Shown piece after piece: positions 30,325 through 43,793 of a stretch of DNA of 64,000 nucleotides. The stretch is taken from the NCBI RefSeq assembly GCF_009914755.1, contig NC_060942.1; one strand, 5' to 3'. Every line of letters begins with the position of its first letter. Positions within the stretch are counted from its first letter, which is position 1. Below the pieces are notes generated by a model, which saw nothing but the letters and a program-made list of their open reading frames with translations, was not told where the DNA came from and searched no databases. Source of the stretch: the human T2T-CHM13v2.0 reference genome, Homo sapiens. Position numbers and translations under genes: made by a program.

Positions 30325-31929
30325 TGTATATTGCTAGATCACTGAATGTTTGTTTTCCTATCTCTTTCCCCATTCCTTCCCTCAAAGCCCAGTAATGAGG
30401 ACTAAATAAGTTTTATTGTTATAATGGAAGGATACTGAGTTTCCAGTTAATTTTGGAAATTATGTATGTAGGATACACAAGTCTTACATACTCATATATT
30501 TCATTCAACAAGTACTTATTGAGTGTATCGATTGAATCAGACACAGTCCCTGACTTCACAGGGCTTACACTTCAGTGGCAGAAGCAGAAGATGAGCAAAT
30601 CATCTGCAAATAAAGAGTTTCCACTGCAGTGAATGCTGCGAAGAAAATGAACCTTCATAGGAGAGCTGAAAAGAGAGAGGCAATCAAACTGGGGGCCTAG
30701 CACAGGTGCTCTGTTGTTGTGGGGGATACCCCTGGCAAAAGGTCTGGGAAACTGAGTCACTAATGTAAGGCAAATTGCTATTTGCTCTGAGATTGGCCTG
30801 GTTGGGGGGCAGGGAGGTTAAGAGGGGGATAAGAAAATGGAGCGAGTCCATATCTTTCTTCAAAACAGGGTTTTGCAAATCTGGGAAAGATGGGAGACCA
30901 TTTGGAATCAATTTAGCATTTAGAGAAGAGGCAAGTGTGCAAAAGAAGAGTGAGTTGGCCTGGAGTGAAGAAGCAGAGAGGAGATGGGAAGGAAGAATGT
31001 GCCTTGGTCCTGGCCAGCAAGGCCTGGGAGCCACGTAACACAGGAGATGCTGGTGGCAGTCAGCGCTTTGGGAAGCTTCCAGGAGATTGGCAAATTGTGA
31101 AGCCAAACAGGTGGACTTGGGGCTGTGACAGGAGAGGACTGACCTCCTTTGGGCCGGAGGACTCACTTGGTCTTAGATGGAGGGTGGAAATTAAGAGGGA
31201 ATGAGAGAACTGGCAAGAACTGCTGTATGCCAAAGTCAGGGCCTACAAAGGGGCCAGTGGACAGGCTGAAGCATGACAACAGCCAGGGCCTGGAGGAATG
31301 GCTTCATGCTCTAGATATGAGCCAGCACAGTAATGTGAGACTCCATGTGGGACCAGTCTCCACAGCACACTGCGTGAGCCCTGCTATTCCTTCCCATGGC
31401 CAAGGAGCTCAGATCTGCACTGAAGCAGTGTGTGCAACAGGCTGGAGAATAGAAAGCAAGAGGGAGACTGAAATCCACATCCAGTCTCTGATGATGGCTG
31501 TCTTCAGGATTGTAGCAGTGGTGATGAGAAAAGCTGCCTGTTTCTTGGAGATGCCTCTGGGGCTTGCTGGTTTCATCATGAGAGCTAGGATATGACCCTG
31601 AAGCTATGAAGGAAGATTCTTAATTTTTCTTTTTTCAGGGCAAGCAAATGCCTTTTACAACTGGGCATAACTTAGAGTTACCTCTTGTCCTGTATCATTA
31701 GACAGGGTGATCCTCAATTTCATAGCCAGGTTGTGAGGACGATCTCATTGCTCAGCATCATTTCAATGCCATTTTATTATTATTTTTGACCTCTAAGTCT
31801 TCATATCAAATTATCTACTTGTGAATTAAGTGCTAATTTCAAGTATCAGATATTTTATGAACTTAGTTTTTGCTTTTGTTAATATTTTACCAGAGATGAT
31901 AATTTACTTTTTAAATAGGAAACATCGAA

Positions 31930-34900
31930 GGTTTGCATCTTTCGCAAATAAGATTTTACTTAACTTGAACTTACCAAGGGATATTTTTTTAAAACAGCTT
32001 TTGCAGTAAAATTGACACGCAAGAAACAGCACATAAGTTTTGGCGTATGTGTACAACAGTGAAACCCTGACCACAATGGAGATAATGTGCATATCCATCA
32101 CCCCAAAAATCTTCTGCTGCCTCTTTGTGATTATTGCTGCCCTTCCCCATCCCTAAGCAACCACTGATCTGCTTCTTCATTGTAGATTCATTTGCATGTG
32201 TGTTTTTAGCATTTTATATAAGTGTAATCAGGCAGTATATACTCTTTGAGGGGAGTTGACTTCTTTCAGTTAGTATAATTGTTTTGATATTCCTTCATGT
32301 TGTTGTGTGTTTCAATTTCTTTTGATTGAGTAGTATTCCATTGTGTACATAAACCATAATTTATCTGTTTACCTGTTGATAGACACTTGGGTTGTCTTTG
32401 TATGTACATGTGCTTTCATTTCTCTTGGGTAAATATAGTCATTCGTCACTTAATGATGGGGCTATGTTCTGAGAAAAGCAGTGTTGGGCAATTTTGCTAT
32501 ACAAAAATAATAAGGGACTATTCTGAACAATTATATTCCAATAACTTTGACAACTTAGATGAAATGGAAGAATTTCTTGAAAGACAAAAACTACCAAAAC
32601 TCACAGAAGATGAAATAATCTGTATGAATTAATATAAGATAAACAAAGATAGAGACATTGAATTTGTAGTTGTAAACTTTCCCATGAAGAAAGCTCCAGT
32701 CCCAGATGTCCTCCTAGGCTATATGGTATAGCCTGTTACTCCTAGACTGCAAACCTTGCAGCGTGTAACTGTACCAAATACTGTAGGCAGTTGTAACACA
32801 GTGAGAAGTATTTCCGTATCTAAACATAGAAAAGGTATGGTAAAAATACAGTATTAAAGAGAAAAAAATGGTACATCTATGTGGGGTACTCACCATGAAT
32901 GGAGCTTACAGAATTGAAAGCATGAACATTACTGTTCATGCCTAGGACATTACTGTACATCACTGTAGACTTTATAAACACTGTGTACTGAGGCTACACT
33001 AACGTTATTAAAAAAGAAAAGTAGTTGTGCTACAATGTTATGATGGCTATAACATCACTAGGTGATAGTACATTTTCAGCTTCATTGTAATCTATGGAAC
33101 CACTATCTTGTAGAACATTGTTGACTGAAATGTTAAGTAGTGCATGGTTGTTACTAAAAGTAGAATTGCCAAGTTTTATGGCAGGTGGATGTTTAGCTTT
33201 TAAGAAATTGCCTGTCTTCCACAATGGCTGTACATGAGTAATGCTCATAAAATGAGGGGAAACATACTCCTTCCTCTTTAGCTTTCTAGAAGAGGCTGCG
33301 TAGAATTAGTACTAGCTCTTCCTTAAATATTTCATAGAATTCACCATGAGGACATCTAAGACTGGAGCTTTCTTCAAGGGAAAGTTTAAAACCACAAATT
33401 CAATGCCTCTAATAGATATTTATCTTATATTCTTATCAGATCATCCATTTCCTCTTGAGTGAGTTTTAGTAGATTTGTCTTTCAAGAAATTCTTCCATTT
33501 CATCTAAGTTGTCAAAGTTATTGGAATGTAATTGTTCAGAATAGTCCCTTATTATTTTTTTTAGTATCTGTAAAATCTGCAGTGATCGTATTTCTCATTC
33601 TTAATATTGGTAATTTGTGTCTTCTCTCTCTTCTTTCCAATCAGTCTGGCTAGAGATTTATCAATTTTTTTTTGACCACAAAGAACCAGTTTTTGGTTTC
33701 ATTTAATTTTTATACTGTTTTTCTGTTTGTTTTATTTTCTTGCTTCTGCTCACTTTGTGTAAAATTTGCTCTTTTTTTCAGTTAGGAGATGAGGTCATTG
33801 ATTTGAGACTTTTTATCTTTTCTAATATAGGCATTCAGTGTTACAAATTTTCCTCTAAGTATTGCTTTTGCTGCATTCCACAAAGTTTAATATGTTGTGT
33901 TTTTATCTTCTCTTAATATGCTTCTTAAGTTCTCTGTCAATTTTTAAAAAGTCTTTACCCCATGGGTTATTTTAAAGTATTTATTTAGCTTATAAGTATT
34001 TGTGGATATTCCAACTATCTTTCTGTTACTGATTTCTAATTTAATAAAATTGCGGTCAGAGAACATATGTTGTATGACTTGGATACTTTTAAATTTATTG
34101 ATATTTGTTTTACAGCCCAGAATAGGATCAACTGTGGCAAATATACTGTGTAAACTTGAAAAGAATATGTATCCTGATGTTTTGGGGTAAAATGTTCTGT
34201 AGATGTCTATTTGGTTGATGGTATTGTTCTAGTATTCCGTATCCTTAGTGCTTGTCTGTCTTGTTCTGTTACTGAGAGAGTAATAAACTGCATTCTATAA
34301 TTTTGATTTTTAAAAATATGTTGCTGTTCTATTAGTTTTCCCTCGTATCTTGAAGCTCTTTTATTAGGTGCATAAATATTTACAATTGTTATATCCTACT
34401 GATGGCTTGACTCCTTTCATTTGAAATGACCTTTATACCTGGTAACATACTTGATTCTTAGGTCTACTTTATCTGGTATTAATATAGCCTCAGCTTTAAA
34501 AAAAATAGTATTAATATGGTATATCTTTTTTATTATTTGAACATAAATTAGGTTTTATGTTTCTTGTAGGCAATATAGTGTTGAATCTTTTTTTTAATCC
34601 AGTCTGATAATCTCTACCTTTTAATTGGAGTGTTTAAACCATTTAATGTGATTATTGATTTGTTTGAGTTTATATTTTTTATTTGTTCCACCTTTTTATT
34701 CTTTCTTCCTTTTGGGGGGTTGCATATTCTTGATTAGTTCATTTTCTCTCTTTTGTTGCCTTATTAGCAATAAGTGTATTATTTTAGTGATTGCATTGGG
34801 GTTTATAGTATACATTTTAATTTATCATAGTCTACCTTTAAGTGATAGTATGTATTTCATGCATAGCATAACAACCCTGCAACAACACACTTTCATTTTT

Positions 34901-36710
34901 TTTCTTCCAGCCTTTATGCTACGGTGATCATGGATTTTACCTTTAAAATGTTGTAAACTCCACAATACATTGTTATTATGTCTGCTGTAAACAATTGATT
35001 ATCTTTTAAATATATTTAAATAATAAAATAAGGCTTATATTTACCTGTGTCATTATCTTTTCTAATTCTTTTTTATTTTTGTGTAAATCAAGATGGCCAT
35101 GTGGTATTATTTATCTTCTGCCAACATTTCTTTTAGTGCAGGTCTAGATAATGAATTATTCCTGTTTTTATATGTCTGGAAAAAATATTTCACCTTAATT
35201 TTTGAAAGACAGTTATTGCTAGGTAAAGAATTATAAGTTGATAGCGTTTTTTTTTCTTTCAGTACTCTAAAGATGTTGCACCACTTTGTTCTACTTTACA
35301 TTGTTTTTGATGATAAATCTTCTGTTTTTATTTTTATACCTCTGCATGTAACATATCATTTTTTTCCTTTGGCTGCTTTTAAGGTTAACTCTGTCATTGG
35401 TTTTTAGCAGTTTGATTTTGATATGCCTTGGTGTAGTTTTTTCATGTTTCTTACGCTTGGGACTTGAGATTCTTGAATCTGTGTGTTTACAGTTTTCATC
35501 AAATTGCGAAAAATCTTAGTGCTTATTTCTTTAAAAATGTTTGGTACTTTTTACCTCCCCTTTCTTTTGATAACTCTAATAGCATGTATATTGGGTCATT
35601 TGAAGTTTCCACAAAGTTCACTGGTGGTCTGTTGATTTTTTTCATTTTGCTTCATTTTGAATGTGTTTCATTTTGAATAATTATGTTGCTGTGTCTTCAA
35701 GTTCGCTAATTATTTTTCTTCTGTGGTGACAATCTACTGTTTCAAGTGGTCTCTTTCTTAATACCTTTCATATTTTAACATGTTAAATATTTTCTCTAGC
35801 TTCTTGAATATGTGGACTATAGTCATAACTGTTTTATCATTCTCCCCAACTAATTCTATCATCTGTGTCATTTCTGGATTGGTTTCAAATAATTTACTTT
35901 TTTTCTTCTGATTATGGCTTGTATTTTTGTACTTCTTTGCATGCTTGGTCATTTCTTATTGGATGTCATATTTTGTAAATTTTATCTTGCTGGGTGCTGG
36001 ATGTGTTTGTGTTCTTATAAATATTTTTGAGCTTTGTTCTGGGATGGGCTTAACTCAGAAACAGTTTGATCCTTGCAGGTCTTGCATAATTAGCTTTGTT
36101 AGGCAGGACCAGAGCTATGTTTAGTCCAATATATTTCCACTACTGAGGCAAGACACTTGTTAAAACTTTAACCAGTTCCCTCTGAATTATGAAGTTTTTC
36201 TCTGTAACTGTTGGGAACAGGCAGTACTCTCTGCCTTATATAATTTCCAGACACTGTTTGCTCTAATTCATTTGGATAGTTCTTTCACTGGCCACAGATT
36301 ACTTTTTACATGCATATGCTGAACAATCCTCACCTAGTTACTTGAGGGAAACCTTCTGCAGATGTACAGAGGTCTCTCTCTCTCTGTATAGACCCTTTCT
36401 GGTATGTTACCCTGCCAGTGTTATCCCCATTGGCCTCTCTAGACTCCCAGCTTTGTCTCCTCTACTCAGGGAGACTTCCAGGCTCTGCCTGGGTTTTCCC
36501 TTTATGCACCACAGCCTGCAAATGTTCTCCAATCAGTAAGCTAGGGCAATCATGAGGAACACCTCCTTTGCTTTTCATCTCTCAGGAATCACTGGCCTTC
36601 ACCATCTGATGGCCAGTTTCTTCAGTGCTGCTGTTTCATAGATTTTTTCTGGTTTTTAGTTGTTTCAGGTACAGGTAAATCTGGTTCCTGTTACTCCAAA
36701 TGGACTGAAA
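31930..36710 (-). mobile_element. Long antisense L1M (3'UTR, deleted ORF2, ORF1/5' region), interrupted by Tigger3
   Basis: T-rich antisense L1 motifs (catttcatctaagttgtcaaagttattgg, ctttgctgcattccacaaagtttaatatgttgtg, gtgtcttcaagttcgctaat). Boundaries approximate. Confidence 0.75.
32437..33148 (+). mobile_element. Tigger3 (MER7) family DNA transposon carrying an internal inverted L1 copy
   Basis: Starts tagtcattcgtcacttaatgatggggctatgttctgagaaa; ctaggctatatggtatagcc; ends gactgaaatgttaagtagtgcatggttg; both match Tigger3 ends. Confidence 0.85.
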
Positions 36711-37469
36711 ATGGAAGTCCAAGAGCTTTCCTTTTTTCACCACTGAAATAGACTCCAGTTAGATGTAGAAAGTTGGATGAGTTCAGTGTGCCAACTTTTA
36801 CTTTATGGGAAACTTTTATTAGAAAAGCTAATTTCTGTAAAGAGAGACAAAAGAAAAAAGCAACACGAAAGTGATAGGTTTCATTGTCCATAAATTTGTC
36901 CACTTGCTACAACATGTTTTTTTGTGGCATTGCTCATATCACTGAAGTAGACAACAAAATTCAGTCAGTGTGTATTGATGGCACTCAGACACAGTTGCTG
37001 TGGGGGAAGGAGGAGAAGCAGGCGACAGGGACTGCTTCTGATGTGTTCCCAAAGGCAACAAGGGAGTAAGCCGTGCCAGAAACAATGTTCATTCACAAAA
37101 CAGTGAAGGAACGAACCAATCATTTGTGACGATGTGCCGAAAGGACACATCCAGGAGTCTGGAGAAATAAAGAGCAGTGTCCACTGTGGTCATCAAGGGA
37201 GGTGTCTTGAAGAACTTGGGTAGAGAGGAAGTGAGATACCACTAGGCAAAGGAACTAGACTTCTTTGGGAAGCAAGATGGTGAGTGGCTTGATTGGCATG
37301 GAGGCCATCTTAGGGGACATTTTAGGGGACAGTGGTATATGAGTTTTGCTAATAGGTCATATTGTAAGATAACTTTAATTGCTTCAACATTTCAGATTTT
37401 ATTGGAGTCCGCCAATGAAGTGCCAACTTCCTCAGACAGAAATAGAGAAAATATTTTCAAAACCCATCC

Positions 37470-37925
37470 TGTTTCAGTCAGCTTTTAACTACATAAGAAA
37501 CCACCAAAACATGGTGGTTTAAAACAACAACCATGCATTTACCTCATGATCTTATGGGTTGGTAATTTTGGCCAGGCTCACCTTGAAAAATTACTCTGGT
37601 CTGAGCCGGGTTAACTTGTGTTTGCAGTCAGCCGGTCGTTGATCATCTCATTTGATATCTAGCAATTGTCTGGCTATCAGCTGACTTGATGGGGCAGCTT
37701 GGCACCATGCCTCACGGCCCAGCCACCTCGCCCAGACTTGTTCAAATGGCAGTGGTGTAGGGTTCCCAAGGGCAACATGGGAGCAAGCCCCGGCGTGCAG
37801 ATACTTTTCAAGCCTCTGCTTGAATCGAATCATATTTCTGATTGCTACATTGGCCAAAGCCAATCACACGTTCAGCCTAGATTGAAGGGGATGGAGAGAG
37901 ACTGCTTTTTCTTTAAAGGAGTTGC
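37470..37925. mobile_element. MLT1 (MaLR) LTR
   Basis: aaaccaccaaaacatggtggtttaaaacaacaaccat...cattggccaaagccaatcacac typical of MLT1 LTRs. Confidence 0.7.
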
Positions 37926-38597
37926 TGCAATATTCTGTGTCTATTTTTATAAGAAACTGTGCGTCTGCTAAAGATTTATTGTGCAATAAACAAATAGAAG
38001 AGTGACTCGCTGACTGTTGAGTTTAAAGTTACTCACTTTGTTCAAAAAGTAATTGCAGGCTATCTGGCAGACTTAAATTATATTTTGAATGGTTCTTAAG
38101 TGTTTTAAAAGTGAAACTAGTGTACTTCCTCTTTTTTTAATCCTTTTCTTCTGGGCTTAGTGCAACTGAAAAATCTAGTATATTTTAATCTCTCCTATTT
38201 GTCTTAGCCTTATCTTTATAAAGATTTCCTGTTTTATGTTTAGTCTATTTGCAGGTAATTAGATAAACAAAGTGCCAACTCATCATCGAAAAAGAAAGAC
38301 TGTCATTGACAGAAAATCTCCCCCTCAGCTTTTGATCATCTGTCTGTGTTGTCTTTGCTCAGCCTGGGCAGTGGGTTTGTTCTGTTAAGAGCCAAGAGAC
38401 ATTCCAAACTACCTAAGATGGAGATTGGGCTAGTTGTCTTGTATCGTTCTTCTGGCAAATCACTTTTCTGTTAAAAAGGCAAGAAGTCAGAAAAAGGAGA
38501 GGTTACTGTTTATGCATTAAAAAACCCCATTGTGTTATGGAACAAATGAACTGTTTATTTCCGAATCTAAGAAGTTATTCTCATGATCAAGTATGTA

Positions 38598-39257
38598 ATT
38601 TTGGTTCTTTCTGAAACCAGCCCTTTTATTATTCAAGTTTGTATAATGGAAATAATGTTGAATTCCTATGAGAAAAAACAATGTAAGCCATTTACTTTAC
38701 CTCTCCCTCTCAAAAAAAGTGGGAACCTGAGTAAAGTATTCCTAATCACCACTTAGTAGGTTTTCTGGGTCCCTGACAGTAGTGAACACTCCCAGAGAGC
38801 AGGCAGAGGGAGAGGCACAAAGAAATGGCTGGAGACTATGGGTGAACTTAGCCTGGGATCTGGACAGGGGTTCCTCGATCTGCCCTCCACACTCAGCGGG
38901 AAGGAGGGAACTGCAGGGCATTCCTGAAGCTAACCCAAGGTCAGGTGGGGAGTGAGTAGCCACAGCTGCCTTAGGACCCCTTTCTTCTGTTGCATCCTGC
39001 TCTCTTTCCATTCCATTGCTTCACAGACAGAAATCCCTCTCTGAGATACATATGTCAGAGGGATATATATTAAATATTAGTTTAACACATATATGAGGGA
39101 TATGTATATCCCTCTGATATATATATTTTGGTTCTTTCTGAAACAAATTCTTTTATTATTCAAGTTTGGATAATGGAAATGCTGAATTCCTATGAGAAAA
39201 ACAATGTAAGTCATTTACTTTACCTCTCCACCTCACATATGTGTTAAACTAATATTT
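38598..39257. repeat. ~110-bp local direct duplication (38598-38712 / 39125-39235) with associated inverted repeats
   Basis: Direct comparison of the two copies; see findings. Confidence 0.9.
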
Positions 39258-39599
39258 GGATCTAAAATTTCAGTCTGCCATTGATTTCCACTGTGATTTC
39301 AGAGTATATTTTCAAAAGGAAGGAAAGTCAAAAATTCTGATACTGGGTTTAGGGAACTTTCTATTGCTTCTGTGCTGAAATCTGAACAATGAGCCCTGAG
39401 TTTTGGTGACACTGAAGCCTTGGCTTTCAAGTTCACCTGACTTACGATGCACCTGTGTTTTCTGTCACAGCCTCAGTGCAGTGACAGCCTCATGACTAGA
39501 AAACAGTGCTGAGGGTTGAATCCACATTTATATACCAGGGGATGCAGATCCTCTTCCACCCTCAATTTTGTGACAGGCTTGAGGCCCTTCTTTTAAAAA

Positions 39600-39726
39600 T
39601 TTATTTTTATTTTTTTGAGAGACAGGGTCTTGCTCTGTCACCCAGGCTGGAATGCAGTGGCGTGATCATAGCTCACTGTGGCCTTGAACTCCTGGCCTTG
39701 AGCAGTCTTCTTGTTTCAGCCTCCCA
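39600..39726 (-). mobile_element. Alu monomer (AluJ right arm/FRAM/FLAM-like), truncated
   Basis: ttttttgagagacagggtcttgctctgtcacccaggctgg...cagcctccca. Confidence 0.85.
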
Positions 39727-42290
39727 TGGCTCTTCCTGTTCACTGGTGAAGCTGCTTGTCAATTTTGATGCATTTATTCAGCAACTAGGTGTCTGGTTGG
39801 ACTTTAAATTCCCTTTGTGGTTCTTCTTGCATTCTTAAAATGGAGGTCAGTAAAACTTTTTCTAGTTTCAGTGACTTGCTAAGTGAGAGCTGAAGTTCCT
39901 GGAACCCCTGTCACTTGGCTAGGAGAATATGAATACAAATAACGCTAACTGAGACAGTGAGGGGAGCATCTTGGGGCAGCTCCGAGACTTCACATGAAGA
40001 CAAACATGTAAAGCTGTCACATGCAAGCACGTGCCCCTGGGAGTAAGTTCTGGGATAAGATGTCACAAACTCTTATGCAAAGAAGAGGAAGACTTGAGAA
40101 TACTCTATGATGCACACTGCTCTGGATTTGACTCTTCCAGTAACATTTTTTTCCTCAAAAAATTGAACTTGAAATGTACTGTTACTTCTGGGGATTTTTG
40201 AATGCCAATACTACTTTTTGTTGTCCTGTATTTCCTTTCCCTGGAATCTTAGGGCCCTTTGAGCTCAGTGTCTTCCCAGCGATGGGAGGCTAGGGAAGAA
40301 CTGCCGTGATTGTCAGCACACTGGGTTGTCAGCCATAGGACAGGCCTCCTGCACACCTAGGGAAGGCTGGCTAATCATGTCCCCACCCTCCATGGCCACC
40401 TCCGTGCACCAGAAATCAGGGTAAGCTGGGTGTCCCTGGCCATGCAAGTTCTTAGCTGTGTCCTCTGATGCTCTGCCACTCACATGTCTCAGTCCCTTTC
40501 CACGTGGTCTCCTCTGTTCCTTTGCTTCCTGCTGCCACCCCCTTTCTCTCTTCATACAGTTGGCATCTTTTTTTTTTTCTCCCTACAACTTTGGCTCCTT
40601 CTCTATTTTATCCTCTCACACTTTGGTCTCATACAGGGCCACCAAGGGCCTCCCCACCTCCAGGCCCTTTTGCTTTTGCTTCTCTCAAATGCACAATCTC
40701 TCTCCCAGTGCACAGCCCTGAGACATGACTATGATTAACTCAGCCTTCTGTGCCAGGAGCCTCCTATGCCACTGGATAGCCTGCCTTTTGATGGGGTGCC
40801 TTTGGGGCAGGCACCCACCCTGCATTCACTCAGCTGTTGCCAGTGGGAAGGGTCTAGTGCAAAAAACTCCTCTGTAGGTCCTTATCATACCTTAGAGAAT
40901 AGGCTGGGGGTCTGGGAGCACGGAGACTAGCATATACATATTATTCTGACTTCATGCATCCTGTTTATTCAATCATTAGTTGATTCATCAGACAGTGAGG
41001 CTCTTCTATGTGCCAGGGTAGAGATGAATGAGAAAATAGGATCTGACCCCAAAACGTAAGCTGCTAAGAAGACATTATTTGGCTCCTAAAATCATTCTCC
41101 TGTATAAACTACCCTATTTTTGGTTGTGTTTCTGAATTCTAGAACTGGATCTAACTATTGATGTTCAGTTAGCTTGGGGTTTCAAAGATATTTGATATAC
41201 AAGTTAATTATCCACCTAAGAAGGACTTTTATTTATTTAAGAGAAATAGAATGGCTTTAAAATATATATTCAGGACTTACAGAAAATTTTAGATAAATCT
41301 AGAAAGTTATAGAGCAATAAAGAGTATCAGATATAACATTGAAACCCTTATCCCTTTGATTTCCCTTCTTCCCCAGAGATGATCACTACACTGAATTTGG
41401 TGTTTGTTATTCTCAGATATGGTTTTGTTTTTATGAAATGTACATGTATCACTAGCTTGTAGATTTGCCATGCATGTATTTAAACTTCATAGAAATGATA
41501 GAATATGGTTTCTTTTCTTCAGTCTACTTTTCACTATCTATATATTTTGCTTTGGGGAATTACCTATGTTCATATCATTCTAGTTATTAATTTTCACAGA
41601 TGTAGAGTATTCCTTTCTAAAAACAAACTATATTTTGTTTATTTGTAGGTATTTGTATAATTCTAATTAACCACTAGCAAGCAATAAAAACACTGCAACA
41701 TATAGAATTATTTACCATACATGTCTATCTTCTTTATGCATGCAAAAGTTACTTTCTAGATAAACGTAGAAGTGGAATTGCTAGGTTTTAGGATATATAC
41801 ATCTTCAAATGTATTAAGTGTTTTTTTTTCCAAAATGATTATATTAATTTAGACTTCTAGAAGCAGTGTATGAGTTATTCTGTGCCAATGGGTTAGTGTC
41901 ATCAGACATTAATTTTTGTCAATCCATAATCTGATAGGTGTGAAACAGTATATCACTGTGGGTTTTGCTTGCATTCCTTTTCCCTGATTTCTAGTGAAGA
42001 TGAGCATCACTCATATCTGTATTGGCCATTTAAAATGCTCATTACCCTTTGCCCATTTTCCTCTGGGTAGTTTGTCTTTTGCTTACTGATTTGAAGGGGT
42101 TCTTTTTGTACAATGTATACTAATCCTTTGTAGTTTATATATGTTACAAGTAGTTTCTCCCAGGTTGTTGCTCTTCTTTATTCTTATGTAGTCTTTCAAT
42201 GTGCACAAATTTTAAATTTTAATATATGCAAATTTATCAAATCTTTCCTTTTTGGTTGCTCTTTGGTCTAAAAAAACTTCCATATCTTGA

Positions 42291-42714
<424 letters not shown>

Positions 42715-43474
42715 TAAACAGTCCATCACTTCCCCACAGATGTGTAATAACACATTTGACATGAATCAGGATTCTATCTGTGTATGAGTCTGTGTCATGG
42801 CTCACTGTCTCACTCCATTCGTCCATGTTTTCATTTGTGCACCAAGACCACTTTGACGGGCAATCATTGTGGTTTCAGAATGGGCTTCATATTGAATGTG
42901 GCCAGTGCTCTGCTTTGTTCTTACTCAAAATTGTCTTGGTTATCCTTAAAACCTCAGGTCCTGTGTAAAAATTTTGGACTCAGCTCATAAAATTTCATGA
43001 AAAATCCTTTTGGGATATTGATTTGAAATTGTATTAATTGGAAAAAAAGAATTGGCATCCTGACTGCATTGATTTTTTTCAATACATAAATGTGATATAG
43101 CTTTCATTTGGGTCTTTTAATAAGGTTTTATAAAGGTCTTTCATATTATTAGTTAAGTAATTTCATAGTTAGCTTATGATTAACTTGGTAAATTGTTGCT
43201 AATGTAAAAATGTAATTGCTATTTCTATGTTTTATATATAGAAACTTTGCTAGACTCTTAATAAAATAACATAGGTTTTCTTGGATTATCTTTATAGATG
43301 GTCAGATTATCTGTAAATAGTGATGTTGTATTTCTTTCCTTCCCTTATGCTTTTTACTTTTCTTAGTATTCTGGCTTGGACCACCAAAATAATGTCAAAT
43401 ATAAGCAATGATGGAAACATCCTTATATTATTTTTAACAGTAAACTGTTCTTAATATTTCAGCATTAAGAATGA

Positions 43475-43793
<319 letters not shown>

